Notes under the pieces: generated by a model
Database searches by the model: none
What the model was told of the DNA's origin: nothing
What the model saw: only the letters and a program-made list of their open reading frames with translations
In this document: positions 51,295 through 62,300 of the stretch, piece after piece
Position numbering within the stretch: the first letter of the stretch is position 1
How the letters are laid out: every line of letters begins with the position of its first letter
Source: a plasmid
DNA length: 64,000 bases
Assembly (NCBI RefSeq): GCF_054482525.1
Contig: NZ_JBTHVG010000004.1
Reading direction: 5' to 3' (one strand)
Program-made: the position numbers and the translations under genes

Positions 51295-51909
51295 TTAGCC
51301 ATTGATGGTGAAGATTAGTTTGTTTGTACCGGTGCTGCCATTATCAGCTGTGCATTGCGCACTGGCTTCTTCAGTAGTGACTTTTCCATCACTGTGAGCC
51401 GTACTGTTCAGGGTAATACCGTTAGTTAAACCAGTACGACTGATTTGTGTGGCAATCTGGATACAGGCATCCTGTGGGACTTTTTCATAGGTGACGGTAA
51501 AACCATTGTTGAAACCTGATGTTGAAGCCGGAGCAACAGTTACGGCACCGCCCCATGAGTTATAGAGCGTTGCTGTACCTGATGATGGAGTACCACGCAC
51601 TGTCATGGTCTTGGGTACGCCACCCATCTGAATGAGAGCACCCGTCATTTTGGCTCCACTGGTAAACGTATATCCATCGCTACCTTTTAGCAGCCCCTGA
51701 GTACTTGTGATGATTGTCTGTATGTTCGAACTTTCATTTGCCACACCGGTTCGTGAACGCAACATATACAATCCACCAAAAACAAGGGCAAGTACGATAA
51801 TTACAACAAGTGCTATTGCACCCTGTTCCATAATACCCCAGCCTTTGTCATGAGACGTTTCTTTCTCATTTTTCTTCAGAACGTTAGCATTAATATTTTG
51901 AATTAACAT
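51295..51909 (-). CDS. pilS: PilS major type IVB prepilin
   Basis: 204 aa with long leader and hydrophobic pilin N-terminus (WGIMEQGAIALVVIIVLALV). Confidence 0.8.
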   Translation of the reverse strand: MLIQNINANVLKKNEKETSHDKGWGIMEQGAIALVVIIVLALVFGGLYMLRSRTGVANESSNIQTIITSTQGLLKGSDGYTFTSGAKMTGALIQMGGVPKTMTVRGTPSSGTATLYNSWGGAVTVAPASTSGFNNGFTVTYEKVPQDACIQIATQISRTGLTNGITLNSTAHSDGKVTTEEASAQCTADNGSTGTNKLIFTING

Positions 51910-51925
51910 AAATACCTCGTTTTAT

Positions 51926-53011
51926 TTAAATACTACCCATACTGTTGTCGCCAATAGACTGAATGTCTACAACGGCCATGACCAGTAACAGGAGTGACAT
52001 GACAAGAAATATCAGCATAATTAAACGCACAACAGCTGCTCGTTTTTTTACACGCTCCAGCGTTTGTACAAGCCACCGTTGGCCATAATTGCCGATTAGC
52101 TCCGTTGCACCATCTCCCTGTAATAAAGACAGAAAGTTGGCAGACTCCCTGGAAGGGAAATGATAACCGCACTGTCGTAAAGCCAGCCCAAGGTGATCCC
52201 CCTGGCGGACGCGGTAAATAATGCTGTCAAGGCGTGTACTTAACCATGGTGATGCAAATTCCTGAAGAACGTTCAGTGAGTTGAGCGTTGTCATTTTGGC
52301 TTTCAGAAGTGCAGCCATATTCAGGAGGAATGCTGCCCCCTGTATATCCTTATAAATACTCCATGGCATTATATTGTCAGCCAAAGAGCGGCTTTTCCAG
52401 TTTTTCAGAGACCATGATATTACACCTGTGACCACTGCAAAAAGAACGGCACATATAGCGCCGTAATTATCGACAAACAAAGATAATCCATAGAGAAAAC
52501 CAAGAGCACCACTCCATGAATCAGGGGAGCTTATTTTGCTCAGTACAGGTATTAGCTCTGTATTAAGAACATATAATGTCCCCGTCATCATGATTAACAA
52601 TCCCACCGGGTAAATAGCCATTTGCCATATGGCCTGATGGAGTTGCTTTTTGGCATCTGTAAGCGTGGTGGCAAATTGTAATGCATCCACAATGGAACCA
52701 CTTCTTATTCCGGCACTGATTACTGCAGCCTCTTCCTGGGGAACCCATAAACCAAGAGTATATTCCAGAGAGTTTTCGCCACTGTTTTCACGAAGAGACT
52801 CAATACAGTCTGTGGCCAGTTCAGCAAAGGGGTGCCATTTTCGTCCAAAGTCTGTCCAGGCATCCCGCATCTGTTCCAGTGCGGTCTTTAATGGCTGTTT
52901 ATTTTCCAGCAGAAAACGCAGAGCTTCGTAAAACTGCACCCTGTAGGGGGCGCTGAACGTTTTTCTGACAATGAAACGTCTCAGCCGTTGACTGAAATTC
53001 ATTTCACGCAT
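51926..53011 (-). CDS. pilR: PilR inner-membrane platform protein (GspF-like)
   Basis: 361 aa polytopic membrane protein. Confidence 0.75.
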   Translation of the reverse strand: MREMNFSQRLRRFIVRKTFSAPYRVQFYEALRFLLENKQPLKTALEQMRDAWTDFGRKWHPFAELATDCIESLRENSGENSLEYTLGLWVPQEEAAVISAGIRSGSIVDALQFATTLTDAKKQLHQAIWQMAIYPVGLLIMMTGTLYVLNTELIPVLSKISSPDSWSGALGFLYGLSLFVDNYGAICAVLFAVVTGVISWSLKNWKSRSLADNIMPWSIYKDIQGAAFLLNMAALLKAKMTTLNSLNVLQEFASPWLSTRLDSIIYRVRQGDHLGLALRQCGYHFPSRESANFLSLLQGDGATELIGNYGQRWLVQTLERVKKRAAVVRLIMLIFLVMSLLLLVMAVVDIQSIGDNSMGSI

Positions 53012-53023
53012 GTTGTTCTCCTG

Positions 53024-54577
53024 TTAGGCATCATCGATGCTGAGGCGTTCGTCTTCGTCCAGAGGGATGATTCTGTCGGCTTCAAGAGGGTCCACCAGGC
53101 CTTCATTGATACGGCGAAGCAGATGCTCCACACGACTGATGCCATGCATGTTTTCAAGCCAGTATTTACGTGCTGCAACTTTGCCGCGTGTTTTCAGAAT
53201 CTGAAATAAGCGATTATCAGGTTCTATCACTTCAGCAATTACGGTCCTGCCGGTGAGGCCTTTACCTATTTCACCGCGCTTTCTGCCGTTAATAATTACG
53301 TCGTGATTACAGTCGGAGCATCCGTGAGGATTTCGGAACCAGATATTATCTGTACTGCAGAGTGAATCTTTATTGCAGTGCCGCTCAAGGTAAGCGCGGT
53401 CGTCTTCGCTAAGTTCAGGTACTCGCTTTTCCCATGGAATACGGCAGGAGGGACACAGCGTTGGTACAAGGCGCTGGCTTATCATCCCAATCAGTAATTG
53501 CGCATCACAAATAAGATCGGCATTCATACCCATCGTAATCATTCGCTCCGGTATACCCAGAGCTGAGTTTGTATGTAATGTCGTCAGAACGATGTGACCG
53601 GTCTGAGCCGCGTAGGTGGTTGACATCATCGAGACAAGATCGCGCATTTCCCCTTCCATGATGGCATCGGGGTCAAGTCGCATTGCCGATGAAATAGCAC
53701 GACTCCATGCCAGTTTGACGGCCTCTTCGTCGGATTTGTCACAGATAATCGGGGTTTGTGTTGCCCCCAGTATCTGTCCTTCCAGCGGATCTTCGATCGT
53801 CAGCAGGTGTCGCCCCTGATTATCGTCAAGATATACACGGCAGGCACTGCGTAACGTTGTTGATTTACCCGAACCTGTTGGACCAGACAGAACAATTTTC
53901 CCTTCCGGGCGGCGCAGCATGACGTTCAGCAACCGGATTTGCTCCGGTATAAAGCCCAGTTGCTTAAACGTGGGAACTTTGTCTCCGTCATCGGGTATCA
54001 GGCGCATAACCGCAATCAGACCATCTCCCGTAGGTCTGTGACTGTATCGTGCACCAAATATTCCTATTTTTCGCATTAATTGTGGGGACAGGCGCGCATC
54101 CTGTTCCCTTTGAGGGAAGAAACTGGTTTCAGTGACATCAGCCATTGACAGAATGGCTGTTGCGCAAAGTGAATAACCCAATGCAGGTTGATCTTCATCT
54201 ACAGTCTGCAGTTCACCGAATATTCTCATGCGAACTTTGAAAATAGACTCTGAAATTAAAAAATGAATATCCGAAGCACCAAGTTTTCTGGCCGTTTCAA
54301 AATAGGAGAGAACTTTCTTCTCACTTTCACTGACATCTGCAAGATCTTTCAGATGAATAATCCGTTCTTTCGGACCTTTATTTTCATCATCCTGACCGGC
54401 TTCCTGTAACTCAGACAGCGAGACTACTTTTGGGGTGATGTCAGGGTATAACTTTAGCAGTTCCTGGAGATTACTCTGTACGTCAGGTCTTGTTCGCTGA
54501 TTTGTTTCGATGAGAATTTCATGGGTGTCTCCCCGGGATATAAAAAGGAGAGCATCCTTCAGATTATATTTGTCCAT
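53024..54577 (-). CDS. pilQ: PilQ assembly ATPase (GspE-like)
   Basis: 517 aa with Walker A GPTGSGKST and a Cys cluster. Confidence 0.85.
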   Translation of the reverse strand: MDKYNLKDALLFISRGDTHEILIETNQRTRPDVQSNLQELLKLYPDITPKVVSLSELQEAGQDDENKGPKERIIHLKDLADVSESEKKVLSYFETARKLGASDIHFLISESIFKVRMRIFGELQTVDEDQPALGYSLCATAILSMADVTETSFFPQREQDARLSPQLMRKIGIFGARYSHRPTGDGLIAVMRLIPDDGDKVPTFKQLGFIPEQIRLLNVMLRRPEGKIVLSGPTGSGKSTTLRSACRVYLDDNQGRHLLTIEDPLEGQILGATQTPIICDKSDEEAVKLAWSRAISSAMRLDPDAIMEGEMRDLVSMMSTTYAAQTGHIVLTTLHTNSALGIPERMITMGMNADLICDAQLLIGMISQRLVPTLCPSCRIPWEKRVPELSEDDRAYLERHCNKDSLCSTDNIWFRNPHGCSDCNHDVIINGRKRGEIGKGLTGRTVIAEVIEPDNRLFQILKTRGKVAARKYWLENMHGISRVEHLLRRINEGLVDPLEADRIIPLDEDERLSIDDA

Positions 54578-54587
54578 ATCACATCAC

Positions 54588-55040
54588 TCAGAAAGTAAGG
54601 GTGGTGCCATCACTTAACGTGACGCCAGACAATGAGATCGACTTCACCGTGACGGATGTACCCGGAAGCTGGCTACCAGTGGTGACGCTTGTCTGACGTC
54701 CATCAGCCATGCGAAGAACGGCATGAAGACGTTTATCTTTGCCGTTTATTTCCATAATAACGGGCAATTCCTTTCTGTTTTTAGATGTCGGCTGCTCTGA
54801 AACTGATGGCAAGGAGGCAGTCACACCAGAGAAACCTGAAACAGTTTCTGATGACAGATTAACATCTGATTCTTCGAGTTGTTTCTGTAGCTGTGCGCCC
54901 TGAACTTTTGCCTGTAAAAGAATATTCCGGTTTTGTTGTGCTTCAAGTTCTCCTATTGTGACAAGAGGTTGTGTTGTTGCAAATGAAAAACCAGAGAAGA
55001 AAAATATGGATGGAATAATGAGTAATTTACCTGGACGCAT
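54588..55040 (-). CDS. pilP: PilP
   Basis: 150 aa with signal peptide; operon position. Confidence 0.65.
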   Translation of the reverse strand: MRPGKLLIIPSIFFFSGFSFATTQPLVTIGELEAQQNRNILLQAKVQGAQLQKQLEESDVNLSSETVSGFSGVTASLPSVSEQPTSKNRKELPVIMEINGKDKRLHAVLRMADGRQTSVTTGSQLPGTSVTVKSISLSGVTLSDGTTLTF

Positions 55041-56322
55041 ATATATGACCTTCTGAGGAATAACTGAAAGTACCGCCGTTTAATTCAAAATGGATATTGC
55101 TCAGACGAACGCCGGTATCCTGAAATAAAGGGAACAACTCATCAGGATTTACAGGCGTTGATAAACTGAACTGATATTCTTTCCATTTCTGAACAGGGGC
55201 TGGTTCACCATCGTTACCTGGTAATGGTTCCTGTATGGCTATTTCATTAATGGCCGGCGTTAACTGTTTTTTCTGAAACCACGTGAACACCCGCATCAGT
55301 TGTTCTGAGGGGGCAGGGACTGCCTCATCCCTGCGGGGCAGGGAAGGCAGTGGCCGGGTTACAGAAGCCAGGCGTGCACCATCTTTAAGGTTAAAGTCAG
55401 GAATAACATTAAAGATTTCTTTGCTTCTTGCCAGAAAGCCTTCAATAGTTCCTCCTGGCTGTCGTTCGTAAATCAGTGTGAATGTCTCGGGAGTACATGT
55501 TCCACCGGTAAGTTTCCAGCCTTCTAGCGCGACCGGTGATGGTTTTCGAAGGTCCGCGCAGGCTTTCAGAAAATCACTGATTACAGGTTGTGACGCCCAT
55601 GGATGCGGGAGCTCCGGTGGTGGTTCGGGCTTTTTAAACTGTAATCTTGCCCGTGCAGCTATCTCCTCGGCGGTCGGTCCTACATCAGGCTCTGGCTGAG
55701 TCATCCAGAATACTGTGCCTGCGCCGGCTGCTACTAAAAACAGTACGGCAGGAAGTGTGAATTTGCTGCGATTGCCGACAGTAAGTTTGCAACGGCGGAG
55801 GTCTGCTGATGATAACCGGGTAATAATACTTTCCCAGTTATCAGGATGTTCCAGAGACGATACAACCTGCCATTTTTCGGGGGGCTCTTCGTTCATCGCC
55901 AGAAAAAGGCTGACCTTTTGGGCAACGTCGGCATCATTTCCTGATAAGTCAGCCATAACGGCAGGCTGGCCATTAATGGAAGCAAGGAATAAGAGCTCCT
56001 TATCGCTGTACCGGAAGACACCGTATCCATTTCTGACCCATGAGCAGAAAGCCAGTGCCAGGGAAAAATAATGATTGCGTTCTGGCCTGGTCAGTATTCC
56101 TGTGCCGGTAAGGCGGCTGATCTCTCCACGGGAATTTCTGCTGCCTACAGTCACTTTCAGGGAGGTAAGCCGTCTGGGTTTTACATGAGACTTGTGTTTA
56201 TGATGTGAGGGGACGCGCTGTTTTTTTACGACAGGAGTCCATTTAAGACAGGCAGCCCACACGCGATGATTTACTTTAGGATCTGCGAGAAGCACTACCG
56301 GGTTGATATCTTCATCAGCCAT
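55027..56322 (-). CDS. pilO: PilO
   Basis: 431 aa; operon position. Confidence 0.65.
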   Translation of the reverse strand: MADEDINPVVLLADPKVNHRVWAACLKWTPVVKKQRVPSHHKHKSHVKPRRLTSLKVTVGSRNSRGEISRLTGTGILTRPERNHYFSLALAFCSWVRNGYGVFRYSDKELLFLASINGQPAVMADLSGNDADVAQKVSLFLAMNEEPPEKWQVVSSLEHPDNWESIITRLSSADLRRCKLTVGNRSKFTLPAVLFLVAAGAGTVFWMTQPEPDVGPTAEEIAARARLQFKKPEPPPELPHPWASQPVISDFLKACADLRKPSPVALEGWKLTGGTCTPETFTLIYERQPGGTIEGFLARSKEIFNVIPDFNLKDGARLASVTRPLPSLPRRDEAVPAPSEQLMRVFTWFQKKQLTPAINEIAIQEPLPGNDGEPAPVQKWKEYQFSLSTPVNPDELFPLFQDTGVRLSNIHFELNGGTFSYSSEGHIYASR

Positions 56323-57997
56323 TATTGCCTCCTGACGGGAAAGTCGGGGTAATGATGATCACAAGCGTGCTGCGTTCATTTTTCCCGGTTTGTGAACCAC
56401 CAAATAATGGATTTGCTGGCGTAAACGTACCGGCTTTACTTGTCGTCGTATTGTTCTGATCGAAACCAGTAACGACAAGTGATTGCCCTTCTTTCAGATT
56501 GACCTTCTGGCTCAGTGAACGCAGTTTGGTATATGGCATTTCGATGTAACTGTTTCCGTCTTTTGACGTAAAGCTACGGATAGTCGGGGGATCAGACAGA
56601 TTAAAGTTCATCTGCAACTGGAGATTGCCTGTTTTCTGAATTAAAGGCAGCAGGGTCATATTGAATCCAGTGGTGATCATGCCCGGTGTTAATGTTGTTG
56701 TTGCCCCTACATCCGTAGTCGTAGTTGTTGCTGACTGGGCGACGTAAACTGTCTGATCTGCCATCTGGATAGGTACCGGCGTCAGGTTTGTGACCGTGCT
56801 TTCTTGTGAAGTTACAACGCTGACATCGCCTTGTTCACTCAGTGCTTTAATCAGAAGGCTGGAACCGCTGAATTTGGCGGCATTCCCTGTTGCCGTATCC
56901 AGAATTGATACGCCTGCAGATGTAGCGCCTGTAAAATCTCCGCTTGCATTGTTCAACGTTGCTCCGGCGGAATGTAGCGATTTGTAAACAAGGTTCCAGT
57001 CCAGACCGAACTGCTCGTTTCTGGTATTGCTGACGCTCAGAACCTGTACGTTCAGGGCTACCTGGCGGTTCATAATACTGTTTTGTTCGTCCACATATCG
57101 TGCGACGGCTTCCTGGACAGCAGGAGTATCAGTGACTGTTAGCGTTGAGCTCGATGCAGATAACCAGTAACGGCCTTTTTCTGGTGTCAGCATCGCTTCA
57201 ATAGTTTTCCGGATGTCTTCATACAGGTCGTATTCCTGACCGACGGTTGTGCTCTGAGAGGACGTAGCATCACCGGATGCTGAGTTATCCTGGCCTCCTG
57301 TTGCCCCCATTGTGCTTGTTGAGCCAGAGCTGACGCTGGAACTGCTGCTGGTTTTGGTGTTCAGCATATGAAGTGGATACGTTCTGGTTTCAGTCAGATA
57401 GAATACAATCCGACCATTATCCATGCGCCAGTACAGACCGCTTCGGCTGGCCATCAAATCCAGAAGACCATTGATATCTCCCTGCCACATGAGGTTATTC
57501 AGCGTTAATGGCTGAGTGGAGGTAGTCATTGTTGTGCTGCCCAGGCTGCTTAACGGCAGACGACCATTTTCATCAGGTGCTGGTAGTGTCCCAGTCATCT
57601 GGCGGGTAGCGCCTCCTTCAAGAGTTGAATTGGCTGCGTCAGGGGTGATGATTACGGGGATGCCGCATACGGCAGTAATACGTTGCCCCAGTTCCTGTAG
57701 AGTGATCTCTCCTTTTCTTGCCTGCGTGATGTAGCAGGCCGGAGCTGTTTGTTTTTTCTCTCTTGATACCTGAGCGACCGGAACAGGGTTTATCCATTGA
57801 TTATCGAGCCAGGTAAGAGCCTGTGATTTGCGGGCAGAAAGGGCTGATACCTTTTCCCGTGCATGTGCTGAGTCCTCCTGTGCTTTTTTCTGCATTTTAT
57901 TGATTTCGCTGAAAGTACATCCGGAGATGGAAAGAGCGACGGCGATCATGCAGGGGAGCACCGCCAGCTTCATTGAACGCTGGTGTGATTTTTTCAT
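56315..57997 (-). CDS. pilN: PilN secretin-like lipoprotein
   Basis: 560 aa, lipoprotein signal (ISGCT), Ser/Thr-rich region and secretin-like C-terminal domain. Confidence 0.75.
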   Translation of the reverse strand: MKKSHQRSMKLAVLPCMIAVALSISGCTFSEINKMQKKAQEDSAHAREKVSALSARKSQALTWLDNQWINPVPVAQVSREKKQTAPACYITQARKGEITLQELGQRITAVCGIPVIITPDAANSTLEGGATRQMTGTLPAPDENGRLPLSSLGSTTMTTSTQPLTLNNLMWQGDINGLLDLMASRSGLYWRMDNGRIVFYLTETRTYPLHMLNTKTSSSSSVSSGSTSTMGATGGQDNSASGDATSSQSTTVGQEYDLYEDIRKTIEAMLTPEKGRYWLSASSSTLTVTDTPAVQEAVARYVDEQNSIMNRQVALNVQVLSVSNTRNEQFGLDWNLVYKSLHSAGATLNNASGDFTGATSAGVSILDTATGNAAKFSGSSLLIKALSEQGDVSVVTSQESTVTNLTPVPIQMADQTVYVAQSATTTTTDVGATTTLTPGMITTGFNMTLLPLIQKTGNLQLQMNFNLSDPPTIRSFTSKDGNSYIEMPYTKLRSLSQKVNLKEGQSLVVTGFDQNNTTTSKAGTFTPANPLFGGSQTGKNERSTLVIIITPTFPSGGNNG

Positions 57998-58010
57998 GAA
58001 TATATCCAGA

Positions 58011-58448
58011 TTAGTTAACGTAGACGACAGAACCAGCAGTAATGCCTGCCGGGGGTGTCAGACCGGTTGCAGTTCCTGATAGCCAGGTGAGTTGCCCGTT
58101 TTGGAAGATCCCTATTAGTGCAGAACCACGACTTTTTGAACGCAAAGTTTCAACAAGTCCTGGTTGTTCAGGCATCCATACCCACAGACGTCCCTGTTGT
58201 AACTGATGTTTAATTCGGGAGTCCGGAGTGACAGGGAGAGCCAGTTTATCTGAAGAAATTACTCCGTCCTGCTGGCCTGATACGTATCTGATATCATTGA
58301 TTCTGTTAGCAATCATTAGTATCTGACTTGCCCATACAGACGCACTTGCATATTGCTGGGCGTTCGTGGTTTCAGACATCTGCTGATTCTGGTAGCTTCC
58401 AGTGATAATCAGAATGGTCAGGCCGACGGCCATGACCAGCCATCCCAT
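58011..58448 (-). CDS. pilM: PilM
   Basis: 145 aa; operon position. Confidence 0.6.
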   Translation of the reverse strand: MGWLVMAVGLTILIITGSYQNQQMSETTNAQQYASASVWASQILMIANRINDIRYVSGQQDGVISSDKLALPVTPDSRIKHQLQQGRLWVWMPEQPGLVETLRSKSRGSALIGIFQNGQLTWLSGTATGLTPPAGITAGSVVYVN

Positions 58449-59515
58449 TAGCGACCATCCCTTGTATCAGAAACTGTAATGATGCACTGCATGCGGGAGG
58501 CCTGTGCGTATAAAGGTTTTTGCGCGGTCCGATATAACTCAAATACCTGCTCCATGGCTGATTCAAATGATCCCCGGAACATCAAAGGCGCATCAAGACG
58601 GTAATCGGTTACAGAAAGTGGCCATATGACCATCCAGTGCGTTGATGCCATGCTTTCGCATTTTGTTTCTTCTGCCCACTTAATAATGTTTTCCCTTAAT
58701 GTAGTGCCTGCCGGCGCACGCCACTCTTTACCCTGAGATACCGGTTTGACAGGTGTCCCGGTCATGAGTGGGATAGACTTGACTGTGGAGCCGGTCGGAG
58801 TCGGGATTGCAGCGGGCGTAGACGGAGATACGCTGTTTCCCCTGAATGGGTTTCGTGGTTTGTTCTGGCTATTTGCTGTCGTTGAAGACTCCGGGGAAGT
58901 GGATGTGGTTACCATGGCTGCTGGCGAGATAGTGGTTGCCGTGTCCTGTGCCGGTGCAGTAGCCGATGTTGTGACGGTCAACGTTTTATTATCCCAGTCC
59001 AGATGGCCCCAGAGGTGTTGTTCTTCCAGCAACCGGTTCAGAGAACGGGTCCACTGATCATTGGCAGACCATGAAACCAGTTTGGTATTCAGTTTGGGCG
59101 TGGCTGCATTCTCTTGTCTGAATTTCCATCCTTCCGGTAGTAATGTTTTTATCCACTGACTGACGGTCCGGTTACGGGCCGTCGGCGATAGTGTTACAGG
59201 GGCGCTACCAGGCTTGCCTGTAATGATTAACCGGGAGAAATTCTGACTTATTGTTGGTGAAGGTAACGGTCGGGATTCGCTTACTGGCTGTGCTGTTTTT
59301 ACTGTCTCTGGCACGCTGACTCTCGGGGGCGGAGTTATTTTAGGTGGAGAAAGTCGTTGTTGCGTAAGTGCCAGGACGCCAGCACTCTCACTGATTTGTC
59401 CGTCAACAAAAACCAGAGCAGGCGTATCTGATGGTGCCACGTTATTGCCGCCGGAAATTCCGGCACAGCCGGACAATAATGACGGCAGTATAAGTGTCAG
59501 ACAGTTTTTTTTCAT
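58448..59515 (-). CDS. pilL: PilL lipoprotein
   Basis: 355 aa with lipoprotein signal (LSGCAG). Confidence 0.65.
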   Translation of the reverse strand: MKKNCLTLILPSLLSGCAGISGGNNVAPSDTPALVFVDGQISESAGVLALTQQRLSPPKITPPPRVSVPETVKTAQPVSESRPLPSPTISQNFSRLIITGKPGSAPVTLSPTARNRTVSQWIKTLLPEGWKFRQENAATPKLNTKLVSWSANDQWTRSLNRLLEEQHLWGHLDWDNKTLTVTTSATAPAQDTATTISPAAMVTTSTSPESSTTANSQNKPRNPFRGNSVSPSTPAAIPTPTGSTVKSIPLMTGTPVKPVSQGKEWRAPAGTTLRENIIKWAEETKCESMASTHWMVIWPLSVTDYRLDAPLMFRGSFESAMEQVFELYRTAQKPLYAQASRMQCIITVSDTRDGR

Positions 59516-59548
59516 AACGGAGACTCCGTGTTCGTATATACGAGTTTG

Positions 59549-60142
59549 TTAATTGATGTGAGGCGGCTGGAGAGGACGAATGACGACTGTCATTCCGTCC
59601 GAATGCAAATGCGGGAAAGACCACTGAAATAAGAGATATATAAAAGGAATTGATAATTTTTCGTACAGACTTGTTTTCCGTGGGTATGTAATAACTGAAA
59701 AACTCAAATCATAAGATTTCAGTCTCTTTATAAGTTTATTTATTCTTGCTGGAGTAAAGAGATGTGAATGCATGACAATGATTTCATCATTATTAATTGC
59801 TTTTGATATCAGAGAAAGCAATACATCCCAGTGTTTCCTCATTGACTTCGGGCAACGTGTGTCAGCATAGGGGCTAAGATGTATAGTTGATTTCTTGCTT
59901 CCCTTTTTCTTCTTCACAAAGAATGTGAAGTCGTATTTAGATGCAGACCTTACAATAAGAAGTACACATCTGAAAAGTAGTGGGAAAATGCAAATCACAA
60001 CCACCACACAGAAATATAACATATAAGGCAATGATAAGTTGTCAGTGTATGGATAACGTAAGTATTGCCATGGGGTAGTGATGTACAGACAAAGCGTACA
60101 CCAAAGCAACCAGAGATATAATGGTACGTTATTATTTTTCAT
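59549..60142 (-). CDS. pilK: PilK
   Basis: 197 aa AT-rich membrane protein; operon position. Confidence 0.55.
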   Translation of the reverse strand: MKNNNVPLYLWLLWCTLCLYITTPWQYLRYPYTDNLSLPYMLYFCVVVVICIFPLLFRCVLLIVRSASKYDFTFFVKKKKGSKKSTIHLSPYADTRCPKSMRKHWDVLLSLISKAINNDEIIVMHSHLFTPARINKLIKRLKSYDLSFSVITYPRKTSLYEKLSIPFIYLLFQWSFPHLHSDGMTVVIRPLQPPHIN

Positions 60143-60266
60143 GTTGGCTGAGGCAGGCGACTAAAATAACAGACTAAGGAGGATTAACTGTTTAATTCTT
60201 TGGAACAAAAAAATGCAGTTCCTGATCATCACACACCATTGAATAAACATTTTGCTTCGGTTGCGT

Positions 60267-60521
60267 TCATGATAGCCAGTCCTGTAGATGCTGATGGCGG
60301 GAGCTGCTGCCCTTGTGCCAGCGGCAGTGGCTGCCGGGAGCACGCTCCAGTCGGAACAGAAATCGGTTGTCGCGTAGTACCACCACGAGACAGTTATCCG
60401 GCGTGCAGAAACGTCGGGCAAGCTCATCGGGGTCTGTCGGTGTTTTCGTTGAAAACAGCCTGCGTTTGCAGTGTGCGTCGACGACCAGTATTTGCAGTCG
60501 TCCGGGATGTTGCTGTGGCAT
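60267..60521 (-). CDS. pilJ: pil operon small protein (pilJ by position, about 84 aa)
   Basis: Internal Met (MPQQHPGRLQILVVD...); naming by order only. Confidence 0.4.
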   Translation of the reverse strand: MPQQHPGRLQILVVDAHCKRRLFSTKTPTDPDELARRFCTPDNCLVVVLRDNRFLFRLERAPGSHCRWHKGSSSRHQHLQDWLS

Positions 60522-60692
60522 CAAAGACTCCTTCCGGAACGGGAAAAGAAGCAGCTGTACCGTCATAACTGCACGTACCGGTTGCGAAAAAACGGCACAA
60601 GCGAGTAGTGACAGAAAGAATGTCGGAAACGGCAGGAAGGGCGGTACAGGCTGCGAAGACTGGAAACGGGGTATGCCGGGGATTACACATCC

Positions 60693-61376
60693 TCAGTGTA
60701 ATGTGATAGTCGTCTGCTCCTGTGTTGCACCCCAGACATCTTCTGGCAAGCTGGGCAGCCCGATAAATAGGGTGTGAAAGAGGGTTTCTCTGCGTTCGAT
60801 CCCGAATTGATGTTCGTATCCTCTCACCACCTGAAATCCTTCGTCGGAGAATATTAACTCTGCCGTTTCCAGAAGCTGCATAGTTTTGCGGTGTAGTGGA
60901 GTGATCAGCTGCAACGTAACTGGTGCCCTCATATCGCCTGTCGGTAGAAAACACTCTTCGGTGCGACTTAGTTGTAGCAGATGGCGTTTCCCGGAACAGG
61001 CCCGTTCAATGGATTCATTGAACACCCTCTCAGGCCATGGGCAGACATAAGTGCGCCAGCCTGCTTTCTGTAATTTACCCAGCGCAGCCCGAAAACGAAA
61101 CAACGGACATTCCCCGACAGTGGCAGAGCTGAGAAAGAGCGTATTCAGCGTTCCGATGATGGGAATATTGCGATCTTTTTCGGTCAATGCTTTTAACGCC
61201 ATGATTTCGCCAGGGAGACTACTGAACTCAGGATGTCTGCTGGCACCAGAAAGCCATTCAAGCAGGTAATGCCGTAATCCGGTTTCACTGGTTATATTGT
61301 GGTTTTCCTGTGCCGTTTTCAGGGCATTCAGTGCACACCAGAGCAACTGGCGCACGGGATGTTCTGTCGTGGTCAT
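60693..61376 (-). CDS. pilI: first gene of the pil operon (pilI by position, 227 aa)
   Basis: Clean ORF upstream of the pil block; naming by order only. Confidence 0.45.
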   Translation of the reverse strand: MTTTEHPVRQLLWCALNALKTAQENHNITSETGLRHYLLEWLSGASRHPEFSSLPGEIMALKALTEKDRNIPIIGTLNTLFLSSATVGECPLFRFRAALGKLQKAGWRTYVCPWPERVFNESIERACSGKRHLLQLSRTEECFLPTGDMRAPVTLQLITPLHRKTMQLLETAELIFSDEGFQVVRGYEHQFGIERRETLFHTLFIGLPSLPEDVWGATQEQTTITLH

Positions 61377-61588
61377 GCGAATGTCCTACTGTGAGATGAA
61401 AAGAAGACCGGTATCCGTTCTCTCCGCCACACGTGATGGCACGGGCCGGCCTTTGATAAAACGAATCAATACTCTGGGGTGAAGCCTTTTATTTCTTTCG
61501 CCATTAAGAAATACACGGTTCCATCAAAAGACAGGGGGAGTCCATGGTGGGGATGGCTTCGTGCAGGCTTCACTCCGGAATATTCTCT

Positions 61589-61625
61589 TGAATTGAAAAA
61601 AGCCCGGCCCGAAGGCCGGGAAATA
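61589..61625 (-). terminator. rho-independent terminator downstream of the NusG-like gene
   Basis: Minus-strand read: cccggccttcgggccgggc followed by ttttttc. Confidence 0.6.
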
Positions 61626-61629
61626 CTGG

Positions 61630-62163
61630 CTATGGGATGTTTACAAGGCGCTCCATAAAGCCGTGATGTTCGGCATTTGATACCAGTTCCAGGAGCAGGG
61701 ATATCCTCGACTCAGGCTGGAGAGTATTTTCCATTCTGAGGAGATACTGATATTGTGCTTTTGTCAGCCATATGCTGGAAGCCGCATTCAGCTCTTCCCT
61801 GGCTCCCGGATTTAGCACAGGGTCCGGGTAAATCTTCATTAATCCATCAACAATATCTTTATTGACGGGTTTTATTTCACCGCCAAACTTCACGAAATCA
61901 ATGAAGGCGCTATGGCGACGTAATGCCGATACTGGTTGAATGTCAAAATTAGCCAGAATAAAAAAGTACCCTGGAAAAATAGCGAATATTCTTTCACGGT
62001 AACAGCACCTGGAGTCTGCCCGTCTTATCTTTCTTGTTATTAATGGAGTCCATGGTACGACGTTTTGCTCATTCAGCCATGAGAATAAAGATTCTCTGTT
62101 TTTGCCGGCTGTATTATATTGCGCAAGATACCAGTTCCGGTTATTCAGGTGTTCTATATTCAC
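61630..62163 (-). CDS. NusG/RfaH-family transcription antiterminator paralog (tra regulator; TraC-like by position)
   Basis: N-terminal NGN-like region (NWYLAQYN...FPGYFFILANFD) comparable to RfaH; no ATG at the N-terminus; likely GTG start at 62163 five nt after the mini-ORF stop. Confidence 0.6.
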   Translation of the reverse strand: MNIEHLNNRNWYLAQYNTAGKNRESLFSWLNEQNVVPWTPLITRKIRRADSRCCYRERIFAIFPGYFFILANFDIQPVSALRRHSAFIDFVKFGGEIKPVNKDIVDGLMKIYPDPVLNPGAREELNAASSIWLTKAQYQYLLRMENTLQPESRISLLLELVSNAEHHGFMERLVNIP

Positions 62164-62170
62164 GAAGTTC

Positions 62171-62300
62171 AACGCTCCGCGCAAAACCGATCCATGATGG
62201 ACGATTTTGCGATGTCAGGCGAATATGCTAAATCATATGTCTGAAGCAGTGTCCAGCCCATATCTGGATAAACTGCAGTTCTGACAGGCATATAACCAGC
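62171..62300 (-). promoter_or_regulatory. conserved tra-region element, copy 2 (mini-ORF MDRFCAER ends 5 nt before the NusG-like start)
   Basis: Same 5' core and 3' block as copies 1 and 3. Confidence 0.5.
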